Notes: generated by a model from the letters alone, not told the origin. Positions 46,787-57,623 are shown, counted from the first letter of the stretch. The stretch: 64,000 nucleotides of DNA from an uncultured Actinomycetes bacterium (GCA_963709345.1 CAVPVX010000001.1:256001-320000), one strand, 5' to 3'. Numbers and translations: made by a program.

Positions 46787-47629
46787 ATGCGGCAGACCAC
46801 CACCCAAGAACGCGAGAGCCTCGTCGAAGCGCGAGACGCCCTTGCCCAGCTCGAACGCCAGTTCACCGGCGAGTCACGGTTCACCGAACGCCCCGAGGGC
46901 CGCGCGGTCGTGACCGCTCGCGGCCTCAGCCGCACCTACGGCAAGGGCGACGCGAAGGTCCACGCCTTGCGCGACGTCGACATCGACATCACCGAGGGCC
47001 GGCTGACGGCCATCATGGGCCCGTCCGGCTCCGGCAAGAGCACGCTCATGCACATCCTCGCCGGCCTCGACCAGCCCACCGGCGGCCGGGTCAGCATCGA
47101 CGGCACGGAGATCACCCGGCTCAAGGAGAAGAAGCTCACGCAGCTGCGCCGCGACAAGATCGGCTTCATCTTCCAGAGCTTCAACCTGCTCGCGACCCTG
47201 ACCGCCGACGAGAACATCGTCCTGCCGCTCTCGCTCGCTCGCCGCAGGGCGGATGAGGCCTGGCGGCGCACCGTCATCGAAGCCGTCGGTCTGCAAGATC
47301 GCCTGACCCACCGCCCCGCGGAGCTCTCCGGCGGCCAGCAGCAGCGCGTCGCCGTCGCCCGGGCGCTCATCACCCGGCCGGCCGTGCTGTTCGCCGACGA
47401 GCCGACCGGCAACCTGGATTCGCGGACCGGCGGTGAAGTGCTGGATCTGCTCCGCCACAGCGTCGACGAGTTCGGCCAGACCGTGATCATGGTCACGCAC
47501 GACGCCAATGCGGCGAGCATCGCCGACCGCGTCGTCTTCCTCAAGGATGGCCAGATCGAGCTCGACGAGGACCGCATGACCCGCGACGCCATCTACGACA
47601 CCATCAAGAACCTCGAGGTGACCCGATGA
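46787..47629 (+). CDS. ABC transporter ATP-binding protein (LolD/MacB-type)
   Basis: [37 protein letters not shown]; SD AGGAGG. Confidence 0.95.
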   Translation: MRQTTTQERESLVEARDALAQLERQFTGESRFTERPEGRAVVTARGLSRTYGKGDAKVHALRDVDIDITEGRLTAIMGPSGSGKSTLMHILAGLDQPTGGRVSIDGTEITRLKEKKLTQLRRDKIGFIFQSFNLLATLTADENIVLPLSLARRRADEAWRRTVIEAVGLQDRLTHRPAELSGGQQQRVAVARALITRPAVLFADEPTGNLDSRTGGEVLDLLRHSVDEFGQTVIMVTHDANAASIADRVVFLKDGQIELDEDRMTRDAIYDTIKNLEVTR

Positions 47630-50185
47630 CCCGCCTCGCCTTCCGCAGCTTGGCCAGCCGGCCGCTTCGCACCATCCTCACGCTGCTCGCGATCCTGCTC
47701 GGCGTGGCGATGATCACCGGCACGTACGTGCTGACCGACCAGATCGACAACGGGTTCGCCAGCACCTTCGAGAGCAAGTTCAAGGGCACAGCCGTGCAGG
47801 TCCAGCCAGAGCGTTCGTTCACCAGCCTCGAGGGCGACGCGATCCAGACGCTCGACGACGACCTCGTTGCCCGAGTGCTGGCAGCGCCCGGCGTGGACAG
47901 GGCCGCCGGAACCTACGAGACGATGGGCGCCGCGATCGTCGACGGCAAGGCCGTCGAGAGCGGCTCCGCGACCCTGCTCACGACCGACCCGGGCGAGCCA
48001 TTCAGCCAGGCGACCCTGGTCGCCGGCCGAGAGATCCAGGGTCGCAACGAGGTCTCGATCATCAAGAGCTTCGCCGACGAGGCCGGCCTCAAGCCCGGCG
48101 ACACCTTCACCGTCGCCGCCCCGGCCGGCCTCCAGGAGGTCAAGGTCGCCGGCGTCTTCGAACCGGACGATTCCGGGTCCCTCGGCGTCTCGGGCGTCAA
48201 TACGTTCCCCATCGTCGTCGACGGCCGCCTGCAAGACGTGCAGCGCTGGGGCGGCGAGCCCGGCAGGATCAGCGGCATCTCCGTCTCCGCGGATCCGGGC
48301 GTGACGCCGAAGGAGCTCGCCGCGAACGTCAAGGCCGCCCTGCCGGCCAGCGTCAGCGTCAAGACCGGCGAGCAGGCTGCCGCCGACGCGACCGCCGAGA
48401 CGGCCGACGCGATCGGCTCGTTCCTCACGCCGGTGCTCCTGGCGTTCGCCGGCGTCTCCGTCTTCGTCGGCGCGTTCATCATCTTCAACGCCTTCAGCAT
48501 CACCGTCGCCCAGCGGCGCCGCGAGTTCGCGATGCTGCGCGCCCTCGGCGCCAGCCGCCGCCAGGTGCTCACGTCGGTGGTCGCCGAGGCGCTCACGCTC
48601 GGCGTGCTGGCCTCGGCGGTCGGCATCGTCGCCGGCCTCGGCGTCGCCAAGGCCATCAACGCGCTCTTCACGGCCGTCGGCGCCGATATCCCGACGGCAG
48701 GCATCGCACTCGAACCCAGGACCATCCTCATCGCGGCGCTGGTCGGCGTGGGCGTCACGCTCCTCTCGGCGCTCACCCCGGCCCTGCGCGCCACGCGCGT
48801 GCCGCCGGTGGCGGCCCTCCAGGAGGGCGCGACGCTGCCGCGGACACGCTTCGCCAGGTTCACCACCGTCATCGCGCTGGCCTTCGCGGCGCTCGGCGGC
48901 GGCTCCCTCGCCTACGGCATCCTCGCCGACGGCGGGACCAACGGCCGCCTGCTGTTCATGGGCCTCGGCGCGCTGCTGCTCTTCGTCGCCATCGCCATGC
49001 TGGCCAAGTTCGTCGTGCGACCGGCGAGCCGGATCATCGGCTGGCCGATGGAGAAGCTCGCGCCCACCAGCGGCCGCCTGGCCCGCGACAACGCCGGCCG
49101 CAACCCGAGCCGCACGGCCGCCACGGCCGCCGCGCTCATGATCGGCCTCGCCATGGTCGTCTTCGTCGCCGTCTTCGCCCAGGCGATGAAGGGCTCGTTC
49201 AGCGACGCGATCAGCACAGTCCACGCGCGCCGACCTCGTCGCGCAGGACCAGAGCGCATTCCTCACCGTGCCCCAGAAGACGGTGCGCGGCCTCGAGCAG
49301 GTGCCCGGCGTCGAGTCCGCCGCCGGTGTCGCCTGGGCGGCGCTCAAGGTCAAGGGCGCCGGCGTCATCACCGCCAACGCCGTGGATCCCGCGGTGTGGC
49401 CCGAGGTCTGGGGCCACGACTGGCGGCGCGGCGGCAGCGACGACCTGTTCGCCAAGCTGGATGCCACGCATGTGATCCTCGAGGACGGGTCGCCGATGGC
49501 CGCCAAGGCCGAGGCCGGCGACACGATCACGGTCACCAGCCAGAGCGGCAAGAGGGCCAACCTCACGGTGCTGGGGTTCTACCGCGACCAGATGGCCTAC
49601 ACCGGCATGATGGTCAGTCTCGACACGCTCAAGAAGCTGGACGTCCCGACCGCGGCCGGCATGACGCTGGTCCGCACCGACGGCAGCGACGGGACGCGGG
49701 CGGCGGTCCAGAAGGCTCTCGCCGAGTTCCCGACGCAGACGGTCCAGACCAAGACCGAGTACCTCGACGCCATCAACAAGCAGGTCGACCAGATCCTCAT
49801 GATGTTCTACGGCCTGCTGGCCATGAGCGTGATCATCTCGATCTTCGGGATCGTCAACACCCTGGTGCTGAGCGTGCACGAGCGCACCCGCGAGATCGGC
49901 ATGCTTCGCGCCATCGGCGCCACCCGGCGGCAGCTCGGCCAGATGGTGCGCTACGAGAGCGTGATCACCGCCGTGATCGGCGGCGTGCTGGGCACGCTGG
50001 TCGGGATCGCCATGAGCTACGTCCTCGTCACACAGATCGGTGGCGACGGGCTGGTGTTCAGCCTGCCGTGGCTGCAGTTGGGCGTGTTCCTGATCCTCGC
50101 CGTCGTGGTCGGCGTCGTGGCGGCGGTGCTGCCGGCGCGCCGCGCCGCCGACACGCGGATCCTGGAGGCCATCCAGTACGAGTGA
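47626..50185 (+). CDS. FtsX-like ABC permease, split by a frameshift near 49220
   Basis: QRRREFAMLRALGA in first frame, ERTREIGMLRAIGA in second frame; coding continues across the shift. Confidence 0.88.
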
Positions 50186-50229
50186 TGCCTCGAGTCGCAC
50201 TGCCTCACCGAGGCAGCGGCGTTCGAGAG

Positions 50230-50261
50230 AGGGCCGGGGCGGCGTCAGCCGCCCCGGCCCT
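50230..50261. terminator. Bidirectional hairpin terminator
   Basis: AGGGCCGGGGCGGC-gtca-GCCGCCCCGGCCCT. Confidence 0.7.
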
Positions 50262-50320
50262 TCTGCGTCATCGCGCTCGTAGCCCCGCTCCGTGCAGCAC
50301 CGCCTCGTTGACCCCGACCG

Positions 50321-51007
50321 TCAACCAGCGACGTGGTCGCGCATGTCGACGTCGCCACCCGGCTCTACCTCGATGTCGCCGGTCGCGACCCGGAAGACGA
50401 CGTGGGCGACGCGCTCCGGCGACATGCCCTGCATGTCGTTCATGCGCGTCGCCGTCACCGTGGGGTGCACTGTCACGAAGCGCTTCCCCGGCCGCTCGAG
50501 CGCCAGAGCCTTGATGAAGCCGCGCAAGCCCCACTTCGTGGCGCAGTAAGTCGGCGGCGTGCGTGAAGGATGCAGGGTCGCGGTGCTGCCGATGGTGATC
50601 ACCGCATCGTCCACCATCGGCAGGAAGCTCCACGTGAGCTTCATGACGCCCTCGAGATTCACGGAGAGCTGCGACTCGAGCTCGCCGAAGTCCTGCTCCA
50701 GGAACGGGCGCCAGACGATCATTCCGGCGTTGTTCACGAGAATGCCGACGGAGCCGAAGCGGTCGACCACGGCCTCGACCAGCGTGCGGATGCTACCGTC
50801 GTCCGCGAGCTGGAGCGAGCACGTCAGCACATCCGGAGAGCCGAGACCGCGGCAGAGATCGGCCACCTCCTCAGCCTCGGCGCGATGTTCGAAGTAGGTG
50901 AGCGCCAAGCGGCTCCCGGCGGCGGCGAACCGCAACGCGATCTCGCGCCCGATGCCGATGCTCGCCCCCGTGACGAGGACGACCTTGTCCGCCAGGTCGG
51001 TGCCCAC
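50321..51007 (-). CDS. SDR family oxidoreductase
   Basis: TGASIGIG, LVNNAG, YCATK; leaderless TAGCAT 6 nt before GTG 51007. Confidence 0.92.
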   Translation of the reverse strand: MGTDLADKVVLVTGASIGIGREIALRFAAAGSRLALTYFEHRAEAEEVADLCRGLGSPDVLTCSLQLADDGSIRTLVEAVVDRFGSVGILVNNAGMIVWRPFLEQDFGELESQLSVNLEGVMKLTWSFLPMVDDAVITIGSTATLHPSRTPPTYCATKWGLRGFIKALALERPGKRFVTVHPTVTATRMNDMQGMSPERVAHVVFRVATGDIEVEPGGDVDMRDHVAG

Positions 51008-51203
51008 ATACACATGCTACCCGAGACGACGAGCCCGCGACCGCATCCGTCGAGGGAAGCGCCGCCCGAACTGACTACGCGGCATCTGTGGTGCAGCGGT
51101 GCGGTCGTCGGCGCTCCGCGCTGGTCAGTGTGTCCACAAGCTGGTCCACTGTGCGACCGCGCCGCTGGTGGTCTTACCACCGCCCGTCAGGTACCGTGCA
51201 GAC

Positions 51204-51839
51204 ATGAAGGTCCTTGTCGTTGGAGCAACAGGCCGTACCGGTAGACTGCTGGCATCCGGCGCATTGGAGCGCGGTCACGAGGTGACCGCGCTGGTGCGCG
51301 CCCCGGAAAGGCTCGGCGACCTGACCGGCAGGGTCCACGTCGTCGCCGGTGACGTGCTGGACGGCGGCCTGGTGAGCGACGCCGTCGACGGGCAGGAGGC
51401 GGCGCTCGTCTCGCTTGGAGTGGCAATGAAGAAGGGTGATCCGGCCGTCAATGCCCAGGGCACCCTGAATGTGATCCGCTCGATGCAGCGCTACGGCGTG
51501 CGCCGGCTGGTGGTGCTGTCCTCCGGAGGCATCCAGCAGGGCCGCGACTCCAACCTGTCTTGGGCGTTCGACCGCATCATCAAGCCGCTGTTCCTCAAGC
51601 ATGCCTTCGCAGACCTGCGGCGCATGGAGACGAGTGTCCGCCAGAGCGAACTCGACTGGACGATCGTGCGCGCCTCCGGCGGGCTGGTCGACGGCCCACC
51701 ACGCGGCGGCTACCGGGCGGAGCCCGGCTACTCGATCCCCGGCGGACGGCGCATCGCCCGCGCCGACGTCGCCGAGTTCATGCTCGACCAGCTCGTCCTG
51801 CGCAGCGACATCGGGCACGCGCTGGCTATCGCCTACTGA
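51204..51839 (+). CDS. NAD(P)H-binding flavin reductase-like (BVR-B-like) protein
   Basis: VVGATGRTG, LDWTIVR, IARADVAEF. Confidence 0.9.
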   Translation: MKVLVVGATGRTGRLLASGALERGHEVTALVRAPERLGDLTGRVHVVAGDVLDGGLVSDAVDGQEAALVSLGVAMKKGDPAVNAQGTLNVIRSMQRYGVRRLVVLSSGGIQQGRDSNLSWAFDRIIKPLFLKHAFADLRRMETSVRQSELDWTIVRASGGLVDGPPRGGYRAEPGYSIPGGRRIARADVAEFMLDQLVLRSDIGHALAIAY

Positions 51840-51905
51840 GGGCCGGGCCGGCGGCGCCCGCCGGCCATCGCCGGCGCTTTCTCGGCCGCCGTCACCGAGC
51901 GTGTC

Positions 51906-53273
51906 TCATCCGCGCCCGAGCTCGAAGCGCAACGCCGCCTTCACGCTGGGGTACGTGAAGCGGAAGCCGCGCTCGCTGAGGCGCGCCGGCTCGACGCGCT
52001 GGCTGGCGAGGAGCATCTCCTCGCCCATCCCGCCAAGCCCGTGACGCAGGACGAAGCCGGGCGCCTTCAGCACGGCCGGACGGCGCAGCACGTGCGCGAG
52101 GGTCCGCGTGAACGCAGCGTTCGTCACCGGCTCGGGCGCGGTCATGTTGACCGGCCCTGAGAGCCCATCGTCACTGATCGCCCACTCGAGCGCCGCGAGC
52201 AGATCGTCGAGGCCGATCCACGCCCAGTACTGCGAGCCGTCGCCGAGCCGCGCGCCCAGACCGGTCTTGAAGGCGGGGAGCATCGTCGCGAGCGCCCCGC
52301 CGGCGGCGCTGAGCACGATGCCGAACCGGGCATTGACGACGCGCACCCCGGCTTCGGACACGGGAGCGGCAGACGCCTCCCAGGCGCGGCACACATCGGC
52401 AAGGAACCCCGCGCCGAGTCCGGCCTGCTCGGTGATGACATCCGCCCCGCGGGAGCCGTAGGCGCCGACGGCGGATGCGCTGACGAACACCCGCGGCGGC
52501 TGGTCCATCCGGGTGATCGCCGCGGCCAGCGTCTGCGTCGCCTGCACGCGACTCTCGAGGATCGCCTTCTTGCGGGTGGAAGTCCAGACGCCGGAGATGG
52601 TGACGCCGCCGAGGTTGACGACGGCGTCGACCCCGGCCAGGTCATCGGGGTCGAGCTTCCCTGCCGCCGGGTCCCAGGCGATCTCGTCGTCGCCGGCCGC
52701 GGCGCGGCGCACGAGTTTGACGACGCGGTGCCCCGCCGTCGTCAGGTAGTCGGCGAGGTGCGCGCCGACCAGGCCGCCGGCGCCGGCGATCGCCACCGTC
52801 ATCCGCGGCCGGCCGGCCCAGACTGCGTGGCGCTCGAAGTCGCGCCGGGTGCGCTCGTGGCGGAAGCGGAAGAAGCGCTCGAGCGTCCTTCCGGCCGGCC
52901 CCTCACCGACTGCGTCGGTGATGCCTCCGGCCGGCAGCCGGTACTCGATGTGGTCGATCAGCTCACTGCGCTCGTCGTCGACCGGGACGAACCGGTGCGT
53001 GTGCTCCCACGCCGAGAAGGGGCCGTCGAGCTGCCGGTCCACGAACTGGCGTCCGGGCACGCTCCCGCCCATCTCGGCCGTCCACCGCCGCTTCACCGGA
53101 CCGAACCGGACCTCGAAGGCGACCCGCCCGCCGGTGACGTCACCGCTCTGCTCGAGCACGCGCAGCTTCTGCCACGGCGGCGCGAGTCGCTTGAACGCGC
53201 CGGGACGGGCATGATACTCGTAAAGCTCATCCGCCGGCGCCGGCATGATGCTCCGCCACTCGAAGATCGGCAT
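51906..53273 (-). CDS. TIGR01777 family epimerase with N-terminal SRPBCC domain
   Basis: FVDRQLDGPFSAWEHTHRF; IAGAGGLVG, SRVQAT, SASAVG, GFLADVCRAWE, GPVNMTAP. Confidence 0.92.
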   Translation of the reverse strand: MPIFEWRSIMPAPADELYEYHARPGAFKRLAPPWQKLRVLEQSGDVTGGRVAFEVRFGPVKRRWTAEMGGSVPGRQFVDRQLDGPFSAWEHTHRFVPVDDERSELIDHIEYRLPAGGITDAVGEGPAGRTLERFFRFRHERTRRDFERHAVWAGRPRMTVAIAGAGGLVGAHLADYLTTAGHRVVKLVRRAAAGDDEIAWDPAAGKLDPDDLAGVDAVVNLGGVTISGVWTSTRKKAILESRVQATQTLAAAITRMDQPPRVFVSASAVGAYGSRGADVITEQAGLGAGFLADVCRAWEASAAPVSEAGVRVVNARFGIVLSAAGGALATMLPAFKTGLGARLGDGSQYWAWIGLDDLLAALEWAISDDGLSGPVNMTAPEPVTNAAFTRTLAHVLRRPAVLKAPGFVLRHGLGGMGEEMLLASQRVEPARLSERGFRFTYPSVKAALRFELGRG

Positions 53274-53387
53274 CGGACCCCTCCTCGCTCGACGAGCAGG
53301 TCTTACCCGCGCGCGGCGGCGGTTAGCCCGTGCCACGGCAGGGAATCCCGACCGGGACAGATATGTATTCGATGGAAGGACGGCGCC

Positions 53388-54398
53388 GTGTCTCGGGATG
53401 ACGGTCTCGATCGCAGTATCAGCGCCGACGACCTGCGCCGGGATTTCGGGGAGTTGCGTGCGGTGGACGGCGTCAACCTGCAGATTCCCGGCGGCCGCAT
53501 CTTCGGGTTTCTCGGCCCCAACGGCGCCGGCAAGTCCACGCTCGTCAGGATCCTCACGACGATCCTCGACCCCACATCTGGACGCGCGACCGTGGCCGGC
53601 CACGACGTCCAGCGTCAGGGCGGGAAGGTGCGCGAGGCGATCGGAGTAGCGCTGCAGGACGTGGGGCTCGATCCGCTGATGACGGCGCGCGAACTGCTGA
53701 TGTTGCAGACCGAACTCTTCGGCACTCCGCGCGACGAGGCGCGGGCGACGGCGGGGAGGCTCCTCGTGACCGTAGGGCTCGACGACGTCGACCCGAAGAA
53801 GCGAGTCGGCGCCTACTCCGGGGGGATGAAGCGCAGGCTGGACCTCGCCCTGGCGCTCGTCCACGACCCGCGTATCCTCTTCCTGGACGAGCCGACTACC
53901 GGTCTCGACCCGGCAAGCCGGGCGGCGATCTGGGAGGAGGTCCGCCGCCTCAACGACGAGTCCGGCATGACGATCTTCCTCACCACCCAGTACCTGGAGG
54001 AGGCCGACCGACTCGCCGACGAGGTGGCCATCATCAACAAGGGCAGGATCGTCGCCCAAGGCACGCCGAGCGAGCTCAAGCGACAGGTCGGCGACGAGGT
54101 CGTCGAGTTGCAGTTCGCCTCGCGCAACGACGCCGCGAGCGCCGACGCTGCGCTCGCGGCCGTGGCCCCCAACCGCCAGCCGTCCAACCGCGAGCTGCGA
54201 CTCTACTTCGGCCGCGCCGCCGAGAACGTGCCCGAGCTGGTGCGCGTGCTCGACGGCGCCGGCATCCGGCTGCAGGGCCTGACGATCGAGCAGCCCAGCC
54301 TCGACGACGTCTTTCTGCGCGTCACGGGCACGGCGCTCGAGCATGAGGTGGATGAGGCGTCTGCCGCGGCAGACGCGAGCGCCGAGGTGCCGGCATGA
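53388..54398 (+). CDS. DrrA-family ABC exporter ATP-binding protein
   Basis: GPNGAGKST, YSGGMKRRLD, LDEPTTGLDP, TTQYLEEAD, PSLDDVF. Confidence 0.94.
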   Translation: MSRDDGLDRSISADDLRRDFGELRAVDGVNLQIPGGRIFGFLGPNGAGKSTLVRILTTILDPTSGRATVAGHDVQRQGGKVREAIGVALQDVGLDPLMTARELLMLQTELFGTPRDEARATAGRLLVTVGLDDVDPKKRVGAYSGGMKRRLDLALALVHDPRILFLDEPTTGLDPASRAAIWEEVRRLNDESGMTIFLTTQYLEEADRLADEVAIINKGRIVAQGTPSELKRQVGDEVVELQFASRNDAASADAALAAVAPNRQPSNRELRLYFGRAAENVPELVRVLDGAGIRLQGLTIEQPSLDDVFLRVTGTALEHEVDEASAAADASAEVPA

Positions 54399-55159
54399 AC
54401 GACATCGTCCTCCTCATCGGGCGCTCCCTGCGCAATGCCATCCGCCAGCCGGCGACGATCATCCCCAACATCGGGATCAGCGTGTTCTTCCTCTTCGTCT
54501 ACAACAGCGGGCTGTCGTCGGTAGCGGAACTGCCGGGGTTCCAGGGAACGTACTTGGGATTCATCCTGCCGGTCAGCATCGTGTCGGCCGCCGTGGGTGG
54601 GGCCGGCCTGGCCGGGCAGACGCTGATCAAGGACATCGACAACGGCTACTTCACGAAGCTCCTGCTCACTCCGACCCGCCGGCTGGCGGTGATCTGGGGA
54701 CCCATGGTCGCCAGCGCCATCATCCTGACCGCCCAAGTCGTGCTCGTGATGCTGCTCGCCCTGGCGATGGGGCTGGAGGTGGCGGCGGGTCCGGGCGGCT
54801 TCGCCCTCGTCGTCGTCCTGGCCTTTCTCTGGGGTATGGCTTTTGCCGGTTACGCCGCCTTCATTGCGCTGAAGACGAAGAACGCCGCGGCGGCTCAGGC
54901 GGCAACCTTCGCCTTCTTCCCTCTCATCTTCCTCAGCTATACGTTCGTGCCCGAGGAGTACGTGACCGCCGAGTGGCTGCGCGTGGCGGCGACGATCAAT
55001 CCCACGACCTATGTCTTCGACGCCATGCGCTCCCTGCTCAACACGGGGTGGGACATGACGTCGCTCGCCGTCGGCTTCACCGTCACACTGGGGTTCGCGA
55101 CGCTGACCGGAGCGATGGCGCTCTGGGCGGCGCGCGGGGCGACGAAGATGACGTCGTAG
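54395..55159 (+). CDS. ABC-2 type exporter permease (DrrB-like)
   Basis: Six TM segments, INPTTY motif; ATGA overlap with ATPase. Confidence 0.92.
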   Translation: MNDIVLLIGRSLRNAIRQPATIIPNIGISVFFLFVYNSGLSSVAELPGFQGTYLGFILPVSIVSAAVGGAGLAGQTLIKDIDNGYFTKLLLTPTRRLAVIWGPMVASAIILTAQVVLVMLLALAMGLEVAAGPGGFALVVVLAFLWGMAFAGYAAFIALKTKNAAAAQAATFAFFPLIFLSYTFVPEEYVTAEWLRVAATINPTTYVFDAMRSLLNTGWDMTSLAVGFTVTLGFATLTGAMALWAARGATKMTS

Positions 55160-55258
55160 CCGTCGCCGGACGGCGCCGCACGAGCCGGCAGCGGGAGGAA
55201 TGCGGCTCCGGCCCGGCGGCGGAGGCGAGACCGGAGAAGCCCTAGTAGACTCCGGGGC

Positions 55259-56569
55259 ATGCGTGTCTCCCGCCTCCTGCCCTCACGCCTTCGATCAGGC
55301 GCCGAGATCCTGCGTCTGCGCGACTACCGAAACGTCCTCATCGCGCAGAGCGTCTCCGTGTTCGGCGACGGCATCACGCCGGTCGCCCTCACCTTCGCCG
55401 TGCTCGATCTCACCGGCTCGGGAACGGACCTCGGCATCGTCCTCGCCGCGCAGAGCCTGCCGCTCGTGCTGCTGGCGCTGGTGGGAGGCGTGTGGGCGGA
55501 CCGGCTGCCGCGCGCCGCCCTGATGCTGACCAGCGACCTCGTGCGAGCAGCCGTTCAGACGATCGCCGCCGCGCTGCTGCTCACCGGCACGGCGCAGATC
55601 TGGCAGCTCGCCGTGCTGGCCGCGATGCACGGCGCAGCCGAGGCCTTCTTCCGGCCGGCGGCGGGCGCCATCCTCCCGCAGGTCGTGCCCGCGTCGCGGC
55701 TGCAACAGGCCAACGCCCTGATGGGCATGAGCGACAACTTCGGCTGGATGGTCGGTCCGGCGGTGGCGGGCATTCTCGTGGCCGTGGTCGGCCCGGGCGG
55801 AGCGATAGCCGTGGATGCGGCGACATTCGTCGTCAGCGCCGCCTTCCTTGCCACGCTCCGCGTTCCCGCGGTCGTGAGCTGCGCGGCAGCGAGGGGCTTC
55901 ATCGCCGAGCTGAGCGCAGGCTGGCGCGAGGTGAAGTCGCGGACCTGGCTGTGGGTGATGCTGCTGCGCGCCTCTCTCGTCCTGTGCATCGTGATCGCGC
56001 CGTTCCAGGTGCTGGGGCCGCTCGGACTCCGCGAGCAGGGCTACGGAGCGGCCGCCTGGGGCTGGCTGCAGGCTGTGTTCAGCGCCGGCATGATCGTCGG
56101 CGCCTTCATCGCTCTGCGCTACCGGCCGCGACGCCCGATGATCACCGTGTGCCTCACGGGGAGCACGGCCGTCGCGGCGCCGCTCGCGCTCGCGGCGTTC
56201 GGCGACCCGTGGGTGCTCGGTGGCGTCTACGGACTGCGCGGCGTGGCCGTCGGCATCCTCGTCACCGTCTGGAACACGACGATCCAGACGCAGATCCCCA
56301 AGGCATCGCTGGGCCGAGTCACGGCGTGGGACTGGATGGCGTCGCTGGCGCTGTGGCCGGCCGGCCTGGCGGTGGCCGGCCCACTTGCCCAGGCATTCGG
56401 CGTCACGACCATGGCCTGGGCCACGGGCATAGCCGGGCTGGCCGCGGCCTTCTGGGTACTGCTCGTGAAGGATGTGTGGCGGTTGCGGCCGGCTGCGGCG
56501 CTGGCCGGTGAAACCGATCCGCCGCAGCCGGCTGCATCCCCTTCGCGCGACCAAGGCGTTCCGGGCTGA
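55259..56569 (+). CDS. MFS transporter (MFS_3/DHA3-like)
   Basis: GGVWADRLPR, FFRPA, LGRV; about 12 TM. Confidence 0.93.
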   Translation: MRVSRLLPSRLRSGAEILRLRDYRNVLIAQSVSVFGDGITPVALTFAVLDLTGSGTDLGIVLAAQSLPLVLLALVGGVWADRLPRAALMLTSDLVRAAVQTIAAALLLTGTAQIWQLAVLAAMHGAAEAFFRPAAGAILPQVVPASRLQQANALMGMSDNFGWMVGPAVAGILVAVVGPGGAIAVDAATFVVSAAFLATLRVPAVVSCAAARGFIAELSAGWREVKSRTWLWVMLLRASLVLCIVIAPFQVLGPLGLREQGYGAAAWGWLQAVFSAGMIVGAFIALRYRPRRPMITVCLTGSTAVAAPLALAAFGDPWVLGGVYGLRGVAVGILVTVWNTTIQTQIPKASLGRVTAWDWMASLALWPAGLAVAGPLAQAFGVTTMAWATGIAGLAAAFWVLLVKDVWRLRPAAALAGETDPPQPAASPSRDQGVPG

Positions 56570-56586
56570 GACCGCGCTCCGGCCCC

Positions 56587-56871
56587 TCAGCTCGAAGCGC
56601 GCTCCTGCTGCCCCCTGCGACCGCTGGCGTACAGCACGATATCGAGGATGATCCCCGCAGCGAAGACCACTGTTCCCCACCCCTGCAGACCGCCGAACGA
56701 GTTCTCGGCGATCGCATAGGCGATGGTCGTGCACGGCACGAAGAGGAAGCCGATGAAACCCCAGATGAAGTGCAGGCCGATGCGGCTGAGGTAGTCGGTG
56801 AACAGCCAGAGGCCGAGCAGGATGATGCGTGGCGAAGCCGCGAGCACACCGACGATCAGACAGCACCCCAT
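56587..56871 (-). CDS. Small membrane protein
   Basis: MGCCL...SPR, GFLFVPCTTIAY; three hydrophobic segments. Confidence 0.8.
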   Translation of the reverse strand: MGCCLIVGVLAASPRIILLGLWLFTDYLSRIGLHFIWGFIGFLFVPCTTIAYAIAENSFGGLQGWGTVVFAAGIILDIVLYASGRRGQQERASS

Positions 56872-56961
56872 TCTCGCTCCTTCCATGAACCCGCGCAGTT
56901 CATCGCTCTCTCAAGCACCGCTCATGCAACGCTAACACGACTGCGGCAGTCTATGGGCGTC

Positions 56962-57147
56962 ATGATCACTCGCAAGATGAAGATCAGACGGCGCCTGCGC
57001 AGCGCCCGCGCCTCAGCCCTGACCTCCGAGGAGCGCCAGATGGAGCTCCGAGAGGCCGAGCGGAACCGCGCGCAGGACGACGAGCGCCGCGAGGCGGTCG
57101 CCGACATCGACCTGGGCCCCCCCGGGACTCGAGCCGACACACCATGA
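56962..57147 (+). CDS. Small hypothetical protein (basic N-terminus, acidic coiled region)
   Basis: MITRKMKIRRRLR...; GC3-rich codons; alternative start at 56953. Confidence 0.55.
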   Translation: MITRKMKIRRRLRSARASALTSEERQMELREAERNRAQDDERREAVADIDLGPPGTRADTP

Positions 57148-57334
57148 GCGCGGCGGCGGACCTCCCCACCCGCCCCCAGGCCTGACGCCCGCCGCCGCGC
57201 GTCGTTCTCCTCCCACTGGGCACATCCACCCGAGCCGGTCAGCGCGTGCATCATGCCCAACGGCCACCCTGGTATCTCTGCCGTTCCGCGGGTACCTCTC
57301 AAAGTGACACGGTCACGCTTCGGAAGGAGGAGCC

Positions 57335-57538
57335 ATGTTCGAAGTCTCGTGCAGTGATCTGGGCATCACCGGCTGCGAGTACGTCGAGTCTGCGCCCTCG
57401 CTGAGGAAGCTCGAGTCCCGCGTGCTCGAGCACGCCCGCGACGAGCATCCCGAGCTCATCGCCGGCATCAGCGAGAAGGAGCATGAGGCGCTGATTCGGC
57501 GCATCGCCGAATGCGCCCACGAGGTCGCAACGGCCTGA
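57335..57538 (+). CDS. DUF1059-domain small metal-binding protein
   Basis: CSDLGITGC ... EHARDEH; SD GGGAG. Confidence 0.82.
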   Translation: MFEVSCSDLGITGCEYVESAPSLRKLESRVLEHARDEHPELIAGISEKEHEALIRRIAECAHEVATA

Positions 57539-57623
57539 GGAGTACGCACCGTCACTGTCGTGGCGGGGCGCCGGGAGGGCGCCCCGCCTGGCACCTTGCG
57601 CTCACTCATCGCTCATCAGCGCC

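Noticed and set aside
49200-49270. Programmed frameshift in the FtsX permease
   Set aside because: No slippery sequence; similar indels elsewhere point to sequence error
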